DNA from: Planctomycetota bacterium
GTDB lineage: Bacteria > Planctomycetota > UBA1135 > UBA2386
Reading direction: 5' to 3'
Length of the DNA: 64,000 nucleotides
Assembly: GCA_965228735.1 (NCBI GenBank)
Contig: OZ245838.1
Coordinates: forward strand, 2,880,001-2,944,000
Position 1 is the first letter of the stretch; each line of letters begins with the position of its first letter. This document shows positions 8,651-18,490 of the stretch, piece by piece. Position numbers and translations under genes: made by a program. The notes below the pieces were generated by a model. It was given only the letters and a program-made list of their open reading frames with translations. It searched no databases and was not told the origin of the DNA.

Positions 8651-10360
8651 TTGCCCCCCTCTTCGCAACTCGTCGACGTCCCGTCGACCATCGATCGCCA
8701 GCGCGGCATCCGGACCTCACCCGTCGCCTCTTCCGGTTGGGCCTCTTCCGGTTGGGGCGTGACGGCACTGCTGCTGGCCACCGCGCTCCCCACGGCCCTC
8801 AGCGGGTGCTTCTCGCCCGGCTACTACAAGGACTGGGCCGACGACCAGGTCTACGGCATCCTCGCCGACAAGACGGAGGACGTCACCGGCGTCCGCAAGA
8901 CGTTCGACATCGTGCGGCCCGTGGACACGCTGCGGAAGCGCCTGCTCGAGTCCGACGAGCCGGTCAAGCTGACGCTGCTCCAGGCGCTCGACGTCGCGGC
9001 GGAGAACAGCCGTGACTTCCAGCGCCAGAAGGAGCAGCTCTACCTCGCGGCGCTGTCGCTGACGCAGGCCCGCCGGGACTTCCAGTTCGTCTTCGCCGGC
9101 GGCGGCGGAGCGGCCATCGACGGCGTCGACGACGACGTCGCGGACGTGAGCCTCAGCGACGACCTGTCGACCTCGGCCGACACGCCGTCCGGCGGCCGCG
9201 TCGTCGCGGGCTTCGTGCAGACGTTCCTGCGGTCGGTGATCAACGGCGACGGGTTCGACGGCAGCTCGATCCTCAACCTCACGCTGACGCAGCCGCTGAT
9301 GCGGGGCGCGACGCAGCGGATCCGGCAGGAGCCCCTGCGCCAGGCCGAACGGGACGTGGTCTACGCGGTCCGCGCATTCGAGCGCTTCCGCGTGAACTTC
9401 GCCCAGCGGGTCGTCACCGACTACTGGAACCTCGCGGCGCAGATCCGCAACCTCGCGTCGGTCGAGGCCAACCTGCGCAGCCTGACGACGTCGCGCGAGC
9501 GCATCGAGGAGTTGTTCAACGCCGGTCGCTCGACGGTGACCGACTTCGGCCGTGCGCAGCAGAGCGAGTACGGCGCCGATGCCCGCCGCGTCACGGCGAC
9601 CAACCAGCTGCAGGCCTCGCTCGACCGCTTCAAGCTCACGCTCGGTCTGCCGGTCACGGCGGCCGTCGACGTCGACCCGGCCGAGCTCGACACGCTCGTC
9701 GAGCGCGGTGTCACGCCGATCGAACTCGACCAGGACACGGCCATCGGCATCGCGCTCCTGCGGCGCTACGACTACCAGACGGTCGTCGACGAGGTCGCCG
9801 ACGCGGGCCGTCGGATCTACGTCGCCGAGGACGCGCTGCGCTCGTTCCTCGACTTCAACGCGGCCCTCAGCGTGCCGGGCGAGACCGGCAGCAGCCTCAA
9901 CCTCGACTGGTCGCGCGTGAACTGGTCGGCCGGCTTCGACCTCGACCTCGCGCTCGACCGCTTCAGCGAACGCAACGCTTACCGCAGCACGCTCATCAGC
10001 TTCGAGGTGGCCGTGCGCGCTCGCGAACAGTTCGAGGACCAGATCGCGACCGACGTGCGCGCTTCCCTGCGTGACATCGGCACCGCGATCGACAGCTACA
10101 ACATCCAGAAGGTCGCCGTCGATCTCGCGCGCCAGCGCGTCGAAGCCACGACCGACCTCTACGACGCGGGCCGCATCCAGGCGTTCGAGAAGCTCGACGC
10201 CCAGGACGACCTGCTGTCGGCGCAACTCGATCTCACGGCAGCGACGGTCGCCTACGCGGTGGCGCGCCTGCAACTCATGAACGACCTCGAAGGCGTCGCG
10301 CTCGAACCGCGCGGCCTGCGCTTCGATCCCAAGCTGCCGATCCCCGACTCGGCGGAATGA
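8651..10360 (+). CDS. TolC-family outer membrane efflux lipoprotein (start uncertain: TTG 8636/8651 or GTG 8759)
   Basis: Lipobox ALSGC; LTLLQALDVAAENSRDFQ; LTLTQPLMRG; helical OEP repeats; first gene of the efflux operon. Confidence 0.85.
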   Translation: MPPSSQLVDVPSTIDRQRGIRTSPVASSGWASSGWGVTALLLATALPTALSGCFSPGYYKDWADDQVYGILADKTEDVTGVRKTFDIVRPVDTLRKRLLESDEPVKLTLLQALDVAAENSRDFQRQKEQLYLAALSLTQARRDFQFVFAGGGGAAIDGVDDDVADVSLSDDLSTSADTPSGGRVVAGFVQTFLRSVINGDGFDGSSILNLTLTQPLMRGATQRIRQEPLRQAERDVVYAVRAFERFRVNFAQRVVTDYWNLAAQIRNLASVEANLRSLTTSRERIEELFNAGRSTVTDFGRAQQSEYGADARRVTATNQLQASLDRFKLTLGLPVTAAVDVDPAELDTLVERGVTPIELDQDTAIGIALLRRYDYQTVVDEVADAGRRIYVAEDALRSFLDFNAALSVPGETGSSLNLDWSRVNWSAGFDLDLALDRFSERNAYRSTLISFEVAVRAREQFEDQIATDVRASLRDIGTAIDSYNIQKVAVDLARQRVEATTDLYDAGRIQAFEKLDAQDDLLSAQLDLTAATVAYAVARLQLMNDLEGVALEPRGLRFDPKLPIPDSAE

Positions 10361-10388
10361 CCCGAATCACTCCATTGTGCAACTGAAC

Positions 10389-12659
10389 ATGTCCATCCAA
10401 CGATCGCGCATCGCCGGCCTCCTCGCCGGCGCCGCCGCCCTGGCCGCATGCCAAGGCGAAGACACGACCACGGCGAGCGTGGTCAACACCTACACCGTCA
10501 GCCGCGAGGACCTGCCGATCAACATCAAGGAAGGCGGCGAGCTCGTCGCCGTCAACGAGACGGTCGTGCGCTCGCAGCTCGAAGGCAATGCGACGATCCT
10601 GAGCCTGATTCCGGAGGGCACGGCGGTCCAGAAGGGCGACCTGCTCGTCGAGCTCGACGTTTCCGGCGTCGAGAAGGAACTCGCGTCGCAGGAGATCGCG
10701 GTCGAGAAGGCGCGCAACGCCCTCGAGCAGGCCAAGACGCAGCAGGAGATCCTCGAGAAGCAACTCGAGACGACACGCACGACCGCGGAGTCGCAGCAGA
10801 AGATCGCCGCGATGGAGCTGCAGAAGATGCTCGGCGCCGCGTCCGCGGCCGCCACGGAGGGCAAGAATCGCGACATGATCGCGCGCCTCACGGAGCTCGT
10901 CACGCCGCAGCCCGAAACCGAGATCCCGGCCGTCGCCAACGCCGACAACGGTGACGGCAAGTCGACCGCGGAGCGCAAGTCCGGCGAGATCCTCACGGCC
11001 AACCAGACCGGCAGTCAATCCCAGCGGCGCCCGGTCGACGCCGCAGCGCCCGCAGGCACGCTCATCCAGCAGGTCAAGCCCGAGAATTACGCCGGGCTCG
11101 TCGATACCGCGATCGCGCTGCTCGAGGTGCCCGGCGATCCGAGCGACCCGCTCGAGCGCGACATGGGTGAGATGGCGAACAAGATCCTGCAGCAGGCGGA
11201 CCAGATCCGCCTCGCGATGGCGCAGCTCAAGGTCGCCGAGGACACCGTGTTCCACAGCCGCCGGCTCGCGGCCAAGAAGTTCATCACGCGCAATGAACTC
11301 GAGCGCGACGAGCTCGACTACCAAAGCCAGGCGTCCAAGGTCACGATCGCGTGGAACGACCTCGACCTCCTGATCAACTACACGCTGGAGCGCGACCTGA
11401 TCGAGCTGCGCCAGAACCTCGCGAACGCGAAGCTCGAGGTCGAGCGCGTAATCGCGTCGAACGACGCCGAGCGCAAGAACTCGCAGTTCGACGTCACGGC
11501 CAAGCAGAAGGAGTTCGAGGTCGCGCAGGAACGTCTCGACGTTCTGCGTCGCCAGGTCGACAACGCTGTCATCTACTCGCCGGGCCCGGGCCTCGTCGTC
11601 TACTCGCGGGTATCCCGCGGCCGCGGCGACAGCGAGTCGGTCGAGGAGGGCACGACCGTCCGCGAGCGCCAGCCGATCATCATTCTGCCCGACAACTCCG
11701 AGCTGAAGTGTGAGATCAAGGTCCAGGAGGCCATGATCGACAAGGTTCGGATGGGACTGCCCGCGCTCATCAGCGCCGAGGTCCGGCCCAATGACACGAT
11801 CACGGGTCGCGTGACCTACGTCGCGCCCGTCGCGGACTCCGGCAGCCGCTGGAGCGGCAACGACAAGAAGGTCTATGCCACGCACGTGCTGCTGGACAGC
11901 GGCAAGACGGGCGGCGGCCTGAAGGCCGGCATGAAGGCGTCCGCGACGATCACCGTCGACATGATCGAGGACGTACTCACGGTTCCGATCCAAGCCGTTC
12001 GTCGCGACCGCGCGGTGAACTACGTCTGGCGCCATACTGCGAACGGCCCGGAGGCGGTCGTCGTCGAGGTCGGCGCGCACAACGAAGAGAAGGTCGAGAT
12101 CACGAGCGGCGTCAGTGAGGGCGACCGGGTCTACCGCACGCCGCCCGGTGGTCAGGCCGACCCCAAGTTCCCGCAACCCGAAGCGCCCAAGGTCGACCCG
12201 GCCGAGGTCGAGGCCGCCGCCGCGAAGGCGAAAGCCGAAGGCAACGACGGCGGCGATTGGCGACGCGGCGGAACCGACGGCGATGAGGGCAGCTCGCGCC
12301 GCCGCGGCGGTTCCCGGAAGGCCTACACCGAGATGGATGCGGCCGAGGTCGCCGCCGCCCTGGAGCGCCTTCGCGGCATGGCCGACCGCATGCCGGAGAG
12401 CATGCGCGGCAGCATGACCGGCATCATCCAGGCGCTCGAAGCCAACGATCTGCAGAAGGCGCAGGACCTGTCCGACGCCATGCGGGCTCAGTTCCGCAAC
12501 CGCTCCGGCGGCGGCGACGGCGAACGCAGCGGCCGAGGCGGCGAACGCAGCGGCCGAGGCGGCGAACGCAGCGGCCGAGGCGGCGAACGCAGCGGCCGAG
12601 GCGGCGAACGGGGCGAACGCGGCGGCCGCGATGGCGTGAGCCGCCGCCAGGGAGGCTAG
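10389..12659 (+). CDS. Efflux periplasmic adaptor (HlyD/MacA-like) lipoprotein with extended coiled coil and Gly/Arg-rich tail
   Basis: Lipobox ALAAC; lipoyl half LIPEGTAVQKGDLLVELD; IYSPGPGLVVY; LKAGMKA; LTVPIQAV; VEITSGVSEGDRV. Confidence 0.88.
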   Translation: MSIQRSRIAGLLAGAAALAACQGEDTTTASVVNTYTVSREDLPINIKEGGELVAVNETVVRSQLEGNATILSLIPEGTAVQKGDLLVELDVSGVEKELASQEIAVEKARNALEQAKTQQEILEKQLETTRTTAESQQKIAAMELQKMLGAASAAATEGKNRDMIARLTELVTPQPETEIPAVANADNGDGKSTAERKSGEILTANQTGSQSQRRPVDAAAPAGTLIQQVKPENYAGLVDTAIALLEVPGDPSDPLERDMGEMANKILQQADQIRLAMAQLKVAEDTVFHSRRLAAKKFITRNELERDELDYQSQASKVTIAWNDLDLLINYTLERDLIELRQNLANAKLEVERVIASNDAERKNSQFDVTAKQKEFEVAQERLDVLRRQVDNAVIYSPGPGLVVYSRVSRGRGDSESVEEGTTVRERQPIIILPDNSELKCEIKVQEAMIDKVRMGLPALISAEVRPNDTITGRVTYVAPVADSGSRWSGNDKKVYATHVLLDSGKTGGGLKAGMKASATITVDMIEDVLTVPIQAVRRDRAVNYVWRHTANGPEAVVVEVGAHNEEKVEITSGVSEGDRVYRTPPGGQADPKFPQPEAPKVDPAEVEAAAAKAKAEGNDGGDWRRGGTDGDEGSSRRRGGSRKAYTEMDAAEVAAALERLRGMADRMPESMRGSMTGIIQALEANDLQKAQDLSDAMRAQFRNRSGGGDGERSGRGGERSGRGGERSGRGGERSGRGGERGERGGRDGVSRRQGG
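12519..12602 (+). repeat. 4 x 21-bp perfect tandem repeat encoding (GERSGRG)4
   Basis: Unit ggcgaacgcagcggccgaggc at 12519, 12540, 12561 and 12582, in frame within the adaptor tail. Confidence 0.9.
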
Positions 12660-12662
12660 GGC

Positions 12663-13439
12663 GTGCAGGCAGCGCAACAGAGCAGCGAGATCCAGGACAG
12701 CGAGATCATCGCCGAGTTCGTCGACGTCCACCGCCACTACAAGATGGGCGACAACGTCGTGCGCGCCCTCAACGGCGTGTCGATGCAGGTCGCGCGCGGC
12801 GACTACCTGACGATCATGGGCCGCTCGGGGTCCGGCAAGAGCACGATGCTCAACCTGCTCGGCTGCCTCGACCGTCCGTCGGCCGGCGAGTACCGAGTCG
12901 GCGGCCGCGACGTGAGCCGCCTCGACGACGACGCGCTCTCCGACGTGCGCGGCCGCGAGATCGGGTTCATCTTCCAGTCGTTCAACCTGATTCCGCAGCT
13001 CACGGTTCTCGAGAACCTCGAAGTGCCGCTGTTCTACCAGGGCCGCGTCGGCCCCGAGTCGCGGAAGAAGGCGGAGTATCTCGCCGATCGCGTCGGCCTC
13101 GGGCAGCGCCTCGAGCACAAGCCGCTCGAGCTCTCGGGCGGTCAGCAGCAGCGCGTCGCGATCGCGCGTGCGCTGATGAACGACCCGCTGTTCCTCCTGG
13201 CGGACGAGGCGACCGGCAACCTCGACAGCAACACCGAGCGCGAGATCCTCGACCTGTTCGACGACCTGCGCAGCGATGGGGTGACCATCGTCATGGTCAC
13301 CCACAACCCGACCGTCGCCAAACGCGCAGACCGCACCCTCTGGCTCAAGGACGGCGAGGTCGAGAAGCTCGTGGAGAACGACGGCGCCAAGCGGCCCGCA
13401 GCCGGCGTCGGCGCGACCGCCGAGGGAGCCGGCGAGTGA
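12663..13439 (+). CDS. ABC transporter ATP-binding protein (LolD/MacB type)
   Basis: GRSGSGKS, IGFIFQSFNL, LSGGQQQRVAIARAL, LADEATGNLD, VTH. Confidence 0.95.
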   Translation: MQAAQQSSEIQDSEIIAEFVDVHRHYKMGDNVVRALNGVSMQVARGDYLTIMGRSGSGKSTMLNLLGCLDRPSAGEYRVGGRDVSRLDDDALSDVRGREIGFIFQSFNLIPQLTVLENLEVPLFYQGRVGPESRKKAEYLADRVGLGQRLEHKPLELSGGQQQRVAIARALMNDPLFLLADEATGNLDSNTEREILDLFDDLRSDGVTIVMVTHNPTVAKRADRTLWLKDGEVEKLVENDGAKRPAAGVGATAEGAGE

Positions 13440-14707
13440 TCCTCCGCGACAGTTGGCGCATCGTCCGCCTCGGGCTCAAGAGCCTGATGTTGCACAAGCT
13501 GCGCAGCTCGCTCACCACGGCCGGCATCCTCTTCGGTGTGGCGTCGGTGATCGCCATGCTCGCCGTCGGCGAGGGGGCCAAGGTCGAGGCGCTCGAGCGC
13601 TTCAAGGACATGGGCGTCACCAACCTGATCGCCCGCAGCAAGAAGCCCGCCGAGAGTCTGTCGAACAGCCAGAGCTCGGCCTGGATGCCGCTGGCCTACG
13701 GCCTCATGTACGGGGAGGCCGACCTCATCGCGTCCTCGTTGCCCGATGCCACGGTCGTCCGCGTCCGTGAGATCAAGCGGCCGATGATGCGCGGCGAGTT
13801 CTTCCACAGCTCGATCGTCGTGGGCACGGAATCGCGATTCCTCGACGTCACCAACATGACGGTGCGCGAGGGCCGCTGGCTGAGCGACGTCGACAACGCG
13901 CGCCTCGCCAATGTCTGCGTCCTCGGCGCGACGCTCGCGCGCATCCTGTTTCCGCTCGAGAACCCTATGGACCAGACGATCCTCGTGGGCGACGACGATC
14001 GGTATCGGGTGATCGGCGTGCTGGCGGACCAGGGCCGCACCGCGGGTGCCGGCAGCACGCCGTACGACGAGTGTCTGTTCATCCCGATGAAGACGTCGCA
14101 CCGGCGCTTCGGTGTGACTCTGACCAACAGCTCGGGCGGTTCGTTCTCGCGCGAACGCGTCGAACTGCACGAGGTGAAGGTCAAGATGCCGACGTCGGAG
14201 GATGTGGCGGCAGGCGCCCGCATCCTGCGCGATCTCATCGACCGCGAGCACAAGGACCAGAACGACGTCCTGATCACGGTGCCGCTCGAGCTGCTGCAAC
14301 AGGAGGAGGCGAGCAAGAAGATGTTCAACATCGTGCTCGCCGTCATCGCCTCGATCAGCCTGCTCGTCGGCGGCATCGGCATCATGAACGTGATGCTCGC
14401 CACCGTGACGGAGCGGACGCGCGAGATCGGCATCCGCCGGGCGCTGGGCGCCAAGAAGCGGCACATCATCCAGCAGTTCCTCGTCGAATCCGGCGTGCTC
14501 TCCGCGCTCGGCGGCATCGTCGGGGTCGCGCTCGGCGTGGCGCTGCCGTTCCTCATCACGCTGTGGTTCGAGCAGAAGACGATCATCCTGCCGCAGCACG
14601 TCGTGCTCGCGTTCGGGATCTCGGCCGCCGTCGGCGTCGTGTTCGGGATCTATCCCGCCTGGCGCGCCGCGAACATGGACCCGGTCGACGCGCTGCGCCA
14701 CGAGTAG
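13436..14707 (+). CDS. ABC transporter permease (MacB/FtsX type)
   Basis: KLRSSLT..GILFGVASVIAMLAVGEG; SLLVGGIGIMNVMLATVTERTREIGIRRALGA; YPAWRAANMDPVDALRHE. Confidence 0.95.
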   Translation: MILRDSWRIVRLGLKSLMLHKLRSSLTTAGILFGVASVIAMLAVGEGAKVEALERFKDMGVTNLIARSKKPAESLSNSQSSAWMPLAYGLMYGEADLIASSLPDATVVRVREIKRPMMRGEFFHSSIVVGTESRFLDVTNMTVREGRWLSDVDNARLANVCVLGATLARILFPLENPMDQTILVGDDDRYRVIGVLADQGRTAGAGSTPYDECLFIPMKTSHRRFGVTLTNSSGGSFSRERVELHEVKVKMPTSEDVAAGARILRDLIDREHKDQNDVLITVPLELLQQEEASKKMFNIVLAVIASISLLVGGIGIMNVMLATVTERTREIGIRRALGAKKRHIIQQFLVESGVLSALGGIVGVALGVALPFLITLWFEQKTIILPQHVVLAFGISAAVGVVFGIYPAWRAANMDPVDALRHE

Positions 14708-14744
14708 CCGCGGCGCTCCCGCGGCTCGCCCGGAAGCGGGCGCG

Positions 14745-15836
14745 TCAGGCGACGGCCTGCCACTGCGCGAGCGTGGCGAGGCCGACCTCGACGAGCTCGA
14801 TCGGCACCGTGCCGTCCGCCGCGGCGGCCCGCAAGCCGTCCCGCACGGCAGCGCTGCTCGGTGCCGCGCCGGATATCCGTTCGACGATCGCCGCGACCCG
14901 CACGATCGCTGCCGCCAGGCTGTCGTTCGGTCCGAGATCGGCGAGACTCGAGCCATGCGGCCGGCGCCAGGCCCCTGCGACCACGGCGCTGAGCAGCCAG
15001 AACTCGTCGAGCCCGCGCTCGAGCAACCAGCCCGTGCCCGCGGGTCCGGGCCGATCCGGGTCGATCGCGGCCCCGACATCGTGCAGCAGCGCCGCGCCAC
15101 CGAGGTCGGGCAGGCGTTCGTCGGGCCAACCGGCGACGCGCGCGAACGCGACGGCGAGCACGGCCACGTGCAGACTGCGGTAGAGCAGCACGTCGTCGCG
15201 TTGCAGCAGCATCAGCGGCTCCATTCCGCCGGCGAGACCGAGCATGCGATCGACGACGCCGGCGATCGCGACCTTCGCCTGGTGCGGCGGCATCCAGCTC
15301 GACGAGCCGAGCGCGACGATCAGGTGGTGCTGCAGGAAGATCGATCGCAGACGCGAGTCGGGCGCCTCGTCAGCCACGGCGTGACGTTCGAGCGGCACGG
15401 GCCGATCGACGTCCCGCAGCGAGGTCGTGACCCCAGCAGTGCCGAGCAGGTTGCCGAACGGCGCCATCGGGCCATCCTTGCCACCGCGCGACGCCGCGGC
15501 CTGCGCCCCGGCCCAGCACAGCAGCGCCGGCTCGTCGATCGCTTCATCGAACATGACCTCGCCCACGGAGTGCTCGCGAAACAGCGTCGCGATGCCGTTG
15601 GCTGCGGCGAACACGTCGACGCTCATCGGCAGCATGTGCCCGTTCACGTGCAGCACGCCGCCGACTTCCTGCAGCATGAGGAAGCGCTCCGTGCCGAGCG
15701 CGGCGTGCACCGCGGCGAGCGCGTCCGAGAGGGCGCGCCGAGCGTCGGCGCTCGCAGCCCCGGGGTCGAGGCGCACCGACCCGATCAGCGCCCAGAGCGA
15801 AGTGACGCAGTGCCGGTAGACCTCGTCACCGATCAT
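14745..15836 (-). CDS. Degenerate HD-GYP-like (HD domain) protein
   Basis: YRSLHVAVLAVAFARVAGW..GAALLHDVG; lacks HHE and GYP motifs; N-terminal region resembles those preceding HD-GYP domains. Confidence 0.65.
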   Translation of the reverse strand: MIGDEVYRHCVTSLWALIGSVRLDPGAASADARRALSDALAAVHAALGTERFLMLQEVGGVLHVNGHMLPMSVDVFAAANGIATLFREHSVGEVMFDEAIDEPALLCWAGAQAAASRGGKDGPMAPFGNLLGTAGVTTSLRDVDRPVPLERHAVADEAPDSRLRSIFLQHHLIVALGSSSWMPPHQAKVAIAGVVDRMLGLAGGMEPLMLLQRDDVLLYRSLHVAVLAVAFARVAGWPDERLPDLGGAALLHDVGAAIDPDRPGPAGTGWLLERGLDEFWLLSAVVAGAWRRPHGSSLADLGPNDSLAAAIVRVAAIVERISGAAPSSAAVRDGLRAAAADGTVPIELVEVGLATLAQWQAVA

Positions 15837-15844
15837 CGGCGGAC

Positions 15845-16210
15845 TCAGCCGATGTGCTTCTGCACGAGCTCGATCAGTTCGTCGGGCTCGAACGGCTTGC
15901 GGAAGTAGTCCGCAGCGCCGAGGTCGGAGCTCTTCTGATGGCCCTTGTTGTGCTCACGAGCCGTGAAGATGACGACCGGGATCCCGGAGGTCGCGTCTTC
16001 GCGCTTGAGCCGCGACAGCGTCTCCCAGCCGTCGATGCCGGGCATCATGATGTCGAGCAGGACGAGGTCCGGCTTGGCCTCGCGGGCCTTGGCGATGCCG
16101 TCCTCACCGTTCATGGCCGACTCGACACGGAAGCCTGCGGCCTCGAGCACCATCTGGGTCGAGACAATGATCAGCTTCTCGTCTTCGATGATCAGGACTG
16201 TGCGTTCCAT
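15845..16210 (-). CDS. Single-domain response regulator (CheY-like receiver)
   Basis: VLIIEDE, PDLVLLDIMMPGIDG, VIFTA, DYFRKPF. Confidence 0.95.
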   Translation of the reverse strand: MERTVLIIEDEKLIIVSTQMVLEAAGFRVESAMNGEDGIAKAREAKPDLVLLDIMMPGIDGWETLSRLKREDATSGIPVVIFTAREHNKGHQKSSDLGAADYFRKPFEPDELIELVQKHIG

Positions 16211-16223
16211 TGCGTGACTCTCT

Positions 16224-17825
16224 CTAGACCAGCGCGTCGCTCTGCTCGCTACTGCCCTCGGTTACCGGCGTGCTATCGGCGTCCCGGGTCGGCAAGGCGA
16301 AGGAGAAATCGGCACCTTGTCCCAATTGGCTCGAGACCTCGATGCAACTGCCGTGTGCTTCGACGATCCCCTTGGCCACGAACAGGCCGAGACCAGCGCC
16401 GCCGTGGTGGCGGGTGAGCGGGTCCTCGACCTGGAAGAACTTCTCGAAGATCCGCCGCTGGTAACGCGGATCCACGCCGATGCCGTTGTCCCGAACCCGG
16501 AACCGCGGCGCCCCTCCCTCGGATGGAGTGATGGAAACTTCGACAGTCCCACCGTCCGGCGTGAACTTCACGGCGTTCTCGACGAGCGCCTGGCACGCGC
16601 GCCTGAGGTCGGCGCGGTCGACGAACACCTCGCGGTCCTCGACGTTGCTCGCGATCTCGAACTGCAGGTCGATCCGGCGATCGCGTGACGACTGCTCGAA
16701 CGGCGACAGCAGCCCGGCGGCGAACTCCGAGACGGGGCACGCGTCGCGATCCTGGCCGTAGTCGGCGGACTCCAGGCTGCCGAGGTTGATGAGCTTGTCG
16801 ATCTGGTGCTCGAGCCGCAGGGACTGCTCGCGGATCGATTCACAGACCTCGCTCTGCGTCGCCGTGAGCTCGCCGAGCGTCCCCTTCGTCATCATCGTCG
16901 AGAACGTCTTGATGCCCGTGAGCGGCGTGCGCAGCTCGTGCGCGACGATCGACAGATACTGGTTCTTGAGCTGGTCCGTCTTGAACTCGGCCGTCACGTC
17001 CTTGAGGACCGACAGGGCACCCGCGGGCCGGCCGCGGTAGTCCGAGACCTGCGACGTGCTGCACTGGATGTAGACCAGGTCCTGCTCGTTGTGATGGACC
17101 TCGACGGTCTGCGTGACGTCCTTCTTCGATTCCTGCTGCAGCCGGTCGTGGTCGCGGGCGAGGGCTTCGACGAGTTCGCTCTGCCCCCCCATGGCGCGCA
17201 GCGGCTTGCCGATCGCCACGAACGACTTCGTCCCCAGCAGGTTCTCGGCGACCGGGTTGAGGAGCGTGACGTTGCCGCCGCGGTCCACGAACACGATCCC
17301 GTCCATGATGTTGGTGATGATGGTCATCAGTCGTGACAGATCGAGAAAGAAGGTGTCCTGACTCTCCTGGAAACGCTGCGCCTGCTCGGCGCAGCGGTGC
17401 CGCAACTTGGTCGCGAGATACTCGTGCCGCCCGAGTTCGTCGCGCTGACGCCGGGCATCTTGGCCGCGCCGCGCCGCCGCCGTGAGGACCGCCGAGATCG
17501 TCTCTGGGTCGTCGGCGGGCGAGACGAGGCCCGCCGCGCCCAGGCGGAGAGCGAGTCGACAGGCGGGCACCGACGGCGCCTCGTGAGTGCCGAGCACGAG
17601 CGGCGTCGCGTATTCGGCCGCGAGACCGGCGAGTTCGCGACCGTCACCGCAGAGGCGCAGATCGGCGAGCAGGATCGCGGGGTCACCGTCGGCGAGCGCG
17701 AGCCGGGCAGCGCTCAGCCCCGCGACGGTGGTCGATTGCCAGCCGGCGTCGCCGACTCGACCTCCGATCGCGTCGGCCAGTCGGCCGTCGGCGTCGGCGA
17801 GCAGGATCCTCTTGGTGATCGCCAT
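16224..17825 (-). CDS. Cytoplasmic sensor histidine kinase (degenerate receiver-PAS-HisKA-HATPase)
   Basis: VAHELRTPLT, LVENAVKFTP, VRDNGIG, IFEKFFQV, GAGLGL; PAS (IMDGIVFVDRGGNVTLLNPVAENLLG); N-terminal receiver-like RILLAD..ILLADL lacking the conserved Lys. Confidence 0.93.
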   Translation of the reverse strand: MAITKRILLADADGRLADAIGGRVGDAGWQSTTVAGLSAARLALADGDPAILLADLRLCGDGRELAGLAAEYATPLVLGTHEAPSVPACRLALRLGAAGLVSPADDPETISAVLTAAARRGQDARRQRDELGRHEYLATKLRHRCAEQAQRFQESQDTFFLDLSRLMTIITNIMDGIVFVDRGGNVTLLNPVAENLLGTKSFVAIGKPLRAMGGQSELVEALARDHDRLQQESKKDVTQTVEVHHNEQDLVYIQCSTSQVSDYRGRPAGALSVLKDVTAEFKTDQLKNQYLSIVAHELRTPLTGIKTFSTMMTKGTLGELTATQSEVCESIREQSLRLEHQIDKLINLGSLESADYGQDRDACPVSEFAAGLLSPFEQSSRDRRIDLQFEIASNVEDREVFVDRADLRRACQALVENAVKFTPDGGTVEVSITPSEGGAPRFRVRDNGIGVDPRYQRRIFEKFFQVEDPLTRHHGGAGLGLFVAKGIVEAHGSCIEVSSQLGQGADFSFALPTRDADSTPVTEGSSEQSDALV

Positions 17826-17919
17826 GGCACGGAAAGCGGAATCATGGACGCACGATCGCCGTCGGCCGCGAGCCGCAGCCGGGAAGCGTCCGTTCGAGGG
17901 GGCGCTGGCGCGCCAGCGC

Positions 17920-18306
17920 TCAGCCGTTCTTGATCGCCGAGAGCGCGTCGTCTTCCGTGTCGAAGATCGACAGGTGCTTGCTGATGCGCATGATCTCGAA
18001 GATCTTGATGATGAACGGCTTGATGTTGCTCAGGTAGAGCTTCGCGTTCCGGCAGGACGTGACGTTGTTCGCCACGATGATCAGGCCGACACCGCAAGAA
18101 TCGATGATCTTGACGCTGTCGAGGTTCAACACGAAGTGTTCGTAGCCTTCCTCGATCTTGCTGTTGATCGCTTCCTTCAGCGACTCCTTCAGCGAGTCGG
18201 TCACATAGAAGTTCAGGCTACGATCGTTGAAGGAGATGATGACGGTCCGATCGTCCTTCAGCGTGGTGATGGACAGGCCCTGGCTCTTCTTTCCGACGAT
18301 TTCCAT
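17920..18306 (-). CDS. STAS domain anti-sigma-factor antagonist
   Basis: FVLNLDSVKIIDSCGVGLII (phospho-Ser motif), KIFEIMRI..SIFDTEDDAL; GAGGG RBS before ATG 18306. Confidence 0.9.
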   Translation of the reverse strand: MEIVGKKSQGLSITTLKDDRTVIISFNDRSLNFYVTDSLKESLKEAINSKIEEGYEHFVLNLDSVKIIDSCGVGLIIVANNVTSCRNAKLYLSNIKPFIIKIFEIMRISKHLSIFDTEDDALSAIKNG

Positions 18307-18490
18307 TGTTCCCTCGATGATCATGGGGCGCGATCGGTCGCACCTTCGCTCCGCGGTCATCGACCACCCCGCCGCGCGAGTTGAGCAGGGCCGGGGTATT
18401 TGTCCGGATGCCGGCGGCCCGGATCGCGCGCCCCCGCGGCGGAAGCGCCCATCGCACCGCCCTCCGGCGCGGCTGGCCCCGGGGAACGCC

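Noticed and set aside
12519..12602. 21-bp repeats as a possible CRISPR array
   Set aside because: Head-to-tail with no spacers, in frame within a CDS, and no cas genes
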